NCBI GenBank assembly: GCA_951406725.2
Contig: OX597832.1
Coordinates: forward strand, 3,906,001-3,970,000
DNA from: Octopus vulgaris
Taxonomy: Eukaryota
Direction of reading: 5' to 3'
Length of the DNA stretch: 64,000 nt
Positions 55,821 through 64,000 of this stretch are shown here, piece after piece (position 1 is the stretch's first letter; every line of letters begins with the position of its first letter). The translations under genes and the position numbers were made by a program. The notes beneath the pieces were generated by a model. It did not search any database. It was not told where the DNA came from and was given only the letters and a program-made list of their open reading frames with translations.

Positions 55821-56176
55821 CTGGACCTTTAATAAAACCAACATAAATATCAAATTCAAGATTGAACATCCAGCCAAATCCAGAATCCTCTCTCTACTTG
55901 ACTTTCAACTCAAGATCACAGAGGAAGGCTCTATATTTACCAAATTCTACAGAAAAGCCACTAATAGAAAACTTTTCATCCAATACCAATCAGCCTTACC
56001 CACCAGAGCCAAAACCACATACGTGAGAAACGAGATTGCACATATAAACAACAATTGCAGGAATGTGACTGACAAAGCCGTCAACACCAAGCAGTTCCTC
56101 AAAGACCTAACCCTGAATGGCTAGCCACCATCTTTAGCTAAACAATGGCGCCTGAAGAACATCAAGGTCAATAAAC
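55821..56176 (+). mobile_element. Penelope-like element RT thumb fragment (inverted relative to the nuclease part)
   Basis: NIKFKIEH..LSLLDF..FYRKAT..SALP..LTLNG*P. Confidence 0.9.
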
Positions 56177-56575
56177 AACATCAGTTAAAATGGCTAATTG
56201 ATGTGCTTTGTTTTTCTATTTTTCACATTTTTTTGCATCATTTTATTCCCTCTGGAATAATACCAATGTTTTTTCTTCAAAACATATGTTGAAAGTATAA
56301 AGATTTGAATAACACCTGTGTTTAACTCCATTTCTTTATTTATCTATGTTATACAAAAACATTTCACTAAACCCTGGAATTTCTACCTCTATAAGTAGGC
56401 TGTTACATCCTTGGTACTTATGTGAATTTTTGCTACTCTGGTAACTATTTATTTATTTTTTCCGTGTTATTTGTACACATTAAAAAATACATATACCTGT
56501 ATATATATATATATATATACATATACACACACACACACACATACACACACATACACACATACATACATACATACA

Positions 56576-56608
<33 letters not shown>

Positions 56609-57324
56609 TTCATGAACTTTGTAACTTTGGTATAAAATAGTTTTTGTTTTTTTTTAGTGCATTCAACGTTATCTTACCTCCAAAGATTTGACTGCTATTT
56701 CTAGCATGTCCTGCTACTATGTAACAGCTATTTGCAATAAAGGATCCAACATACCTGTTACATGGTAGCAGAGCGTGCAAGAAATAGTAGCCAAATCTTG
56801 CCTTTTTCTGGAGGAAAGGAGCTGTTTACATGTGATTTTGATGTCACATTCGTTGAAAGCATGCAAAATAACCTGGAAAAGACAAAACCCATGAAACAAA
56901 ACTCCATTGCTGGGAAACTGAGTTTCCTGGTGACCTAACAGGTCACAGGTAGTCTAGTAATACATTAAAAGTCAGATGGTATCTTGCTTGCTTGCAATGT
57001 TACTCAGGCAAACTAGTGCATGATGGGAAAAACTCACTGTATAATCGAAAGGTAAGAGTTACTGCCCTTTCAGGATCAAGTTACTTTCTGAGACTTCCCC
57101 ATTATGCACCTTTTTGGGTATTTATACCCCGGAAACCCCTAATATCTTCACAACTACTTATCCAATTTACACAAAATTTGTTTCACTTGGCTTGTATTTA
57201 CATTTCAGGGAAAACTTAATTCATAGTATTTTCCCATTATGTGCCAGTTTGCCTGCATAACATTGCAAGCAACTGACCTTTAATGTATTATAGATAAATA
57301 CACACACACACATATGCACACACC

Positions 57325-57374
<50 letters not shown>

Positions 57375-57404
57375 CACACACATAGATACATATATATATA
57401 TATA

Positions 57405-57617
57405 CTCTTTTACTCTTTACTCTTTTACTTGTTTCAGTCATTTGACTGCGGCCATGCTGCAGCACCGCCTTTAGTCGAGCAAATCGACCCCGGGACTTAT
57501 TCTTTGTAAGCCCAGTACTTATTCTATTGGACCCTTTTGCTGAACTGCTAAGTGACGGGGACATAAACACACCAGCATCGGTTGTCAAGCAATGCTAGGG
57601 GGACAAACACAAACACA

Positions 57618-57663
<46 letters not shown>

Positions 57664-57836
57664 CATATATACGACAGGCTTCTTACAGTTTCCATCTACC
57701 AAATCCACTCACAAGGCATTGGTCAACCTGATGCTATAGCAGAAGACACTTGCCCAAGATGCCATGCAGTGGGACTGAACCCGGAACCATGTGGTTGGTA
57801 AGCAAGCTCCTTACCACACAGCCACTCTTGCACCTA
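57405..57836 (-). mobile_element. Full-length SINE family A
   Basis: Near-complete reverse complement of 14287-14692. Confidence 0.92.
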
Positions 57837-57878
57837 TATGTATAGGAAAAAATTATAACCATAGTAATTATTATATAT

Positions 57879-59015
57879 CATCATCATCATCATCATCATC
57901 GTTTAACGTCCGTTCTCCATGCTAGCATGGGTTGGACGGTTCGACCGGGGTTCTGGGAAGCCAGAAGGCTGCACCAGGCTCCAGTCTAATCTGGCAATGT
58001 TTCTACAGCTGGATGCCCTTCCTAACGCCAACCACTCCGTGAGTGTAGTGGGTGCTTTTTACGTGCCACCTGCACAGGTGCCAGGCGGGGCTGGCAACGG
58101 CCACGGTCAGATTGGTGTATTTTATGTGCCACCGGCACGGAAGCCAGTCGAGGCGGTGCTGGCATCGGCCACGAGTCGGATAGTGCTTTTTACGTACCAC
58201 CAGACCAGGGATCCTGGCTGGTTCAATTCGATTTCGATTTCGCTTGCCCCAACATGTCTTCACAAGCAAAGGGGGTTGGCATGGGTGCCTGTCGTACGGT
58301 CGCATTGGAGTATTTTACGTGCCACGGCCACGAGTCGGATAGTGCTTTTTACGTACCACCAGACCAGGGATCCTGGCTGGTTCAATTCGATTTCGATTTC
58401 GCTTGCCCCAACATGTCTTCACAAGCAAAGGGGGTTGGCATGGGTGCCTGTCGTACGGTCGCATTGGAGTATTTTACGTGCCACGGCCACGAGTCGGATA
58501 GTGCTTTTTACGTACCACCAGGCCAGGGATCCTGGCTGGTTCAATTCGGTTTCGATTTCGCTTGCCCCAACATGTCTTCGCAAGCATGGGGGGTTGGCAT
58601 GGGTGTCTGTCGTCGGATGAGGTTCTATATCGACTTCGGTTGCCTCAACAGGTCTTTGTGTCCAAGGGAGGAAAGGCATTCATAAGTGGGCTGGGCTCAC
58701 TTGTCCTGCCTGGTCTTCTCACGTACAGAATATTTCCAAAGGTCTCGGTCGCTGGTCATTTCCTCAGTGAGGCCTAAAGTTCGAAGGTCGTGCTTCACCA
58801 CCTCGTCCCAGGTTTTCCTGGGTCTACCTCTTCCACGGGTTCCCTCAACTGCTAGGGATTGGCACTTTCTCACACACCTATCTTCATCCATTCTCGCCAC
58901 ATGACCATACCAGCGCAATCGTCTCTCTTGCACACCACAACTGATGCTTCTTAGGTACAACATTTCTCTCAAGGTGCTAACGCTCTGTCGAGTATGTACA
59001 CTGACATTACACATC
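57879..59015 (-). mobile_element. 5'-truncated RTE-clade LINE with (GAT)n tail
   Basis: RRLRWYGHVARMDEDRCVRKC..RGRGRPRKTW..DRDLW; stop at 58697; tail at 57879-57900. Confidence 0.92.
58166..58614. repeat. 159-bp tandem repeat (about 2.8 copies) in the LINE 3' UTR
   Basis: cggccacgagtcggatag starts at 58166, 58325 and 58484. Confidence 0.95.
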
Positions 59016-59332
59016 ATATTTCTATATTCTTTTACAAATGTGTTTTTTATGTGTGCATCTGTTTGTGTCTGTACATGTGTAACATCATGTTGCTGTCGCC
59101 GATTAGTTGAAAATTTGAGGGTTAATCTATCCATAACATAAAGTTGATGAGATAACCAGTGAATCAATGAGATACTAATAAATGAGACAGTATTTGTATT
59201 GCTTTTTCTTTTGTATGTGTGTGTGTGTGTGTGTGTGTGTGCACATGTGTGGGGGAATGCATGTGTGCATGCACGTACATATACACATAAGTGAATATAT
59301 ATTACAGTAGCAGCAGCAGCAGTAGCAGCAGC

Positions 59333-59372
<40 letters not shown>

Positions 59373-59879
59373 ATAGTAGTAGTAGTAGTAGTAGTAGTAG
59401 TAGAAGTAGTGAAATTTGTGACTTTGGATTCATAGCATATTCTAAGAAATGCCTCTTGGGTTGTTAATTGAGAGTTGACCTTTTGAGCTGCTGGAATGTT
59501 GAAATGACTGAAAATTAGAGCTATCAGCTAGCTCAACAATATCAACACACACACACGCACACACACACATCATTATATATTAATTTATATTGCATCATTA
59601 TAAGTCAACAAGATTTCAGTTTACTTTTAAGTGATAATATAACAACCAATATCCAGGTTATCCTACATAGCTATGGATGTGTTGTACTCACTATAAAGTA
59701 TCTATACATAAATATGTCTATCTGGTTTGCTATCTGTGTGTGTTGTATGTGTGTAATGATGATGATGATGATATGTATGTATGTGTATGTATGTATGTAT
59801 GTATGTATGTATATATATATATATATATATACATACATGCATATACATACATACATACATACATACATACATACATACA

Positions 59880-59913
<34 letters not shown>

Positions 59914-59975
59914 CATATATATCTATATAAAAAAATATAATTAAAATAAGCAACAAGGATATCCAAAGTTAGTGT

Positions 59976-60060
59976 AGTAGTATCGTTTCATGCTACTTCC
60001 TTTAATTAAACAGTGTAAATATTACATCAGTTTTAAAATTCAGAGCACTCATCAGCCACC
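59976..60060 (-). ncRNA. Minimal type I hammerhead ribozyme-like motif
   Basis: Minus strand GGTGG-CTGATGA-GTGCT-[49 nt]-AGCAT-GAAA-CGA-TA-CTACT. Confidence 0.5.
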
Positions 60061-60214
60061 TATGGAATTTAAAAAAAATTAAATTGACAATTTTCATTTT
60101 TATAATGTTCATTGATTATAATCACCCCATTTGATTGATATGGATAATACCATACCAAATTCTGGTGCCTTTAACTTAAGTACCATATTCATCTGAATCA
60201 ATATATAAAATATA

Positions 60215-60755
60215 TATATTGTGAGATTATGGTTTCAATTCACTGATCAACAGGGCATTGCATTCTTCAGCAAAACACTTCATTTTGCATTACTCTGGTC
60301 CAGTCATTTGGAAACAGGTAACTCTGTGATGATCGGTGTCCTGATCGGAGAGAGCATTGACCTTCCTGCCTGCCTACCTGCTCAGCCAGTGGATGCCATC
60401 ACTCAAAAGCTACAAGTATACAAAGAAATGCATTGTGAGCAGCAGTGTATAACAACATCTGATAGACTGGTCAATAGAGTGAGTCAGTGATATATATGGA
60501 TATGAATATATTAAGCCTGTCTTTTGGGGACTATTCAACTTCTTCAGTGTTGGTGGCATGAGAAACATGCACCCAGCACACTTTATAAAGTGACTGGCAA
60601 TAGGAAGGGAATTCAGCTATAGAAACTAATTGAAATGGCATATATAAGCACTGGCATATGGGAACAGTGGCTTTTAATAGTAGATGACTAAGACAATGAC
60701 AATTCCTCTAATCTATGCTATCATGGAAAAATGGATGTAAAATGATGATGATGAG
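60215..60755 (+). mobile_element. Two decayed SINE-like copies (family C-like; second with an RTE-type GAT tail)
   Basis: cagcaaaacacttcattttgcattactctggtcc resembles 10700-10730; second copy ends atggatgtaaaatgatgatg. Confidence 0.55.
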
Positions 60756-60942
60756 GAGGAGGAGAATGCTATATAATATTATGCTGTGTTAGTAGCTTTG
60801 ATGTAAGACAAACATCTGGTAAGATGTTTTATAGCTTAAACACATACAGACCAAGTTAGATGGGACTACAAAGTCTGAAGATTCCTTTAACCATTTGGCA
60901 ATTCTGGCATTCTTGACTTTATCTTTCCACTGGGAACAGTAA

Positions 60943-61165
60943 AGCAGTGAACTGGCAGAATCGTTACTGTGCCAGGTAAAGTGCTTAGCAGTATTTCATC
61001 CATCTTTACATTCTGGGTTCAGATTCCACTGAGGTCAACTTTATCTTTCATCACTTTGGAGTTGATAAAATTAGGACCAGTTGAGTACTGGTGTCAAATT
61101 AATTGACTAGCCCCTGCCACTACCACCCCCAAAATTGCTGGCCTTGTGCCCAAATTTGAAATCAC
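60943..61165 (+). mobile_element. SINE family B (CpG-decayed)
   Basis: gcagtgaactggcagaatcgtt..ccttgtgcccaaatttgaaa. Confidence 0.8.
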
Positions 61166-61379
61166 TATTACACAAGAAAGGGGGAGTCTGAAAGTGAGTC
61201 TGATGTGCTTGCAGCTTTTTTTTTTTTACATGAAAACATGACCTCTGCAAGTGTCACAACTGTGTATCATGGGTGAGACTGTGTGGAACATAAGGGATAG
61301 ACTCCCACTACTAAGATTCAAATAGTCTTGTTTTGGTTGCTTGAATATTGAGCACATCTGTGACAATAGCACCGCTTTC

Positions 61380-61700
61380 ATAATTTCAGGTGTACAGATT
61401 GTGTTGTATAGGTAGAAGCAGTCACCTCATGTGTTTGGATCCTTTGTTGAAACCTAAACCATTTAAAACACAAGCTTAAGACTGAACCAACTGACAGTGT
61501 TATATCACCATTGAAACCAAACACTTTGAAGCCATCAGAAGAGAAAAGGAAGAAATCAAATGACAGGAGAGAAAGGTTCAACAAAATCAACCTCATCCTC
61601 CACCAACATATTACCATGCTACCAGAGCCATTGACTCTTCTATGCAAGAATTAGCCTACTTAGTCATCAACACCATTACCGTAAAGCAAGAAGAAACTAA
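61380..61700 (+). mobile_element. RTE-like LINE 3' remnant
   Basis: EEKRKK and LFYARISLLSHQ, like the terminal C2H2 finger of RTE elements. Confidence 0.4.
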
Positions 61701-62994
61701 ATTTTTGGATACGAGATAAAGCTGACAATAAGATAGTCAGTCAAAGCTTTCATTGATTATTGATAGCTGAAACTTCCGGGAATCACAGACAGCTGACTTT
61801 ACATTGCAGCAGTTGGATCATCATACATTTGTGACAATGAAATGCTGCTGTAGATTCAGGTGTGCAGAAAGGGTAGTATAAGTGGGAGTAGTTTTAATAC
61901 TCTGATCCTCTGCAGGGATATGTCCCCTAGTCAGTCATTGTCTTCATTGGTTAGTAATGGGCAAAGATGGTAACTTTAGGTGTCTTCACTTGTTTTCTTC
62001 TTTATTTCTTAAACAATATCCAAGGTTAATTATATGTAGCATATAAAATGAAACTCCTTTGTCCCATGGTGTTTATTGAGTCAGTGGATTATTGCTGTGT
62101 CTTATGAGTGGATCAAGGACGAGGAAGCTAGCAGGGATTGTTTTTATAAATTGTAATAGGGATGGGTACTGGTATTGCTGTGTAATTAAGATTTTCACTT
62201 CATAGCTATGTTTCTTAGTTCATTCTCATTGCATGATATACTGAGTGTCTTCTCACAAAACTGCAGTTTGACTAATACATTATGAGTGGAATTTGGTACA
62301 TGGAAACTGTATAGAAGCCCATCGTGTTTGTATATGCACACATTAGAGTGTGTATGTATGTGTGTGTCTTTTGCTTTCATATACTGGGGAAAGATGTAAA
62401 CACTGGTAAGAAAAGCAAAAAGAAAAGAAAAGAAAAACTGAGGCTCTTCAAATGAAGTGTTTGAAATATTTACCCTGGGGGATAGAATGATGTGTTCAGT
62501 ATGAATAAAGAAGGGAAATTACAAAACTACAGCTTTTAAATAAAACAAGATTATCTCTATTTCTGAATATTATACCACTGGATGTTAGGTATATTCTAAA
62601 ATATGTTTTGTGGCAGTAGTTCTTCTTAATATTTTAATGTTCATAAACTCCAAAAGAAACACGGAAAAATGTCATTATATATTCATGATACTATACCTAA
62701 TTATATTTTACAACTGTTTTGCCATGTTGGCAGCCATTGTGGTGGTGGTGGTGGTGGCGGCGGCGGCAGTGGCGTCAGTGGCATCATCATCGTCATCTCA
62801 CTGTGTCCTGCCACTTGTCATTGCTCTTTGTCATCTGGTATCCATTGCAACAAAGAAAATCACTAATATTTTATGTTGTGTATGCCATTAAAACTTTTTT
62901 TTAATTTTCTTGCATGGTTTCCGTCACCAAGCTCTTTTCAGCATGGATTTGGTGCAGTTTATTATAAAAATAATGAATGATAAATAAACTTATA

Positions 62995-64000
62995 AGTGTA
63001 AGCATGACTGTGTGTTTAAGAAGTTTGCTTTGCACCCATGTGGGTCCGGGTTCAGACCCTCTGCACAGCACCTTCGTCATGGGTCTTCTTTTATAATTCT
63101 GGGCTGACCAATGCCTTGCAAGTGAATTTGGTAGACAGATGCTGTATGAAAACTTGATGGATATGTGTGTTTATCCCACTGCTTGAGAACTTGTGTTGGT
63201 TTGTTAATGTCCCTGTAACTTAGCAGTTTGGCAAAGGGTCTGACAGAACAAGTACCAGACTTAAGAAATAAGTCAATTTGTCCAACCTAACGCTTCAAGG
63301 TGGTGCCCCAGAGCTACCACAGTCCATTGACTGAAGCCAATAAAGGAAGATTGGATATAGCTATTCATTGATGGTCAAATCCCATTAAGACTGTCATTCT
63401 CAATTGATGCTGACTGGGCACTCAGCCAATTTAATATTCATTTTTGCCAGCTGAATGGATTAAAGCAATGTCAAATAAAGTGCTTTGTTCAAACATGTAC
63501 TGCACACCCAGACCAAAAACCAACCCTATGACCTTATAATCATGAGCCCACTTACCTAACCATTAAGCCATACACCTTCTCAAATATAGCCTGAGAGAAA
63601 ATATTTTTAATGAGATAGATGCAGGTAAGGTAGCGAGCTGGCAGAATCGTTGGCATGCTGGGCAAAACTCTTAGTGGCATTTCATCCATCCTAATGTTCT
63701 AAGTTCAAATTCCACTGAAGTCAACTTTGCCTTTCGTCCTTTTGGGATCGATCAATATAAGTATCAGCTGAGTACTGGGATCAATGTAATTGACTTACCT
63801 GGTCACCAAAATTTGAAATCAGTATGATAGATTCAGGTATGACTTATATATAGGTATAGGAATGGTTCATAGGTGCAGGTGTGGGTGTATAGTTAAGAAG
63901 TTTGTTTCCAATCAAATGAGTTTAGGTTCAGTCTCACTATGTGGCACCTTAGGCAAAGGTCTTTGCTAAAGCCCTGGATCAACCAATGCATTGTAAGTAG
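62995..64000. mobile_element. Cluster of decayed SINEs
   Basis: A+ 62995-63345, C-like minus 63400-63580, B+ 63627-63820, A head 63870-64000. Confidence 0.75.

Noticed and set aside
57919-58620. 233-aa ORF with 53-aa repeats
   Set aside because: Antisense to a LINE 3' UTR and produced by the 159-bp tandem

Overview
AT-rich, repeat-saturated eukaryotic DNA with no prokaryotic features. The SINE families and extreme microsatellite density point to an octopus (cephalopod) genome, which is an inference from recalled repeat families. Most track ORFs are microsatellite artefacts. The window is a graveyard of transposable elements: two abundant tRNA-head SINE families plus a third, a full-length decayed mariner, a DD41D element, a Tigger/pogo element interrupted by a Helitron-like tandem, MITEs, and fragments of hAT, piggyBac, Penelope, RTE, CR1/L2, CRE-like and R4/Dong-like elements. 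The only convincing host coding piece is a probable first coding exon of a type II membrane protein (43852-44086, +). A minus-strand gene may start near 29 kb. The most notable observations are (i) several decayed minimal hammerhead-ribozyme folds in small Penelope-like repeats, two with ~50-nt loop 2, (ii) a CpG-retained domain (~29-52 kb) between CpG-depleted flanks, (iii) several foldback/inversion structures and (iv) nested insertions. I found no intact novel multi-gene system. All family assignments are by motif recognition, not database search, and TE boundaries are approximate unless TIRs are quoted.
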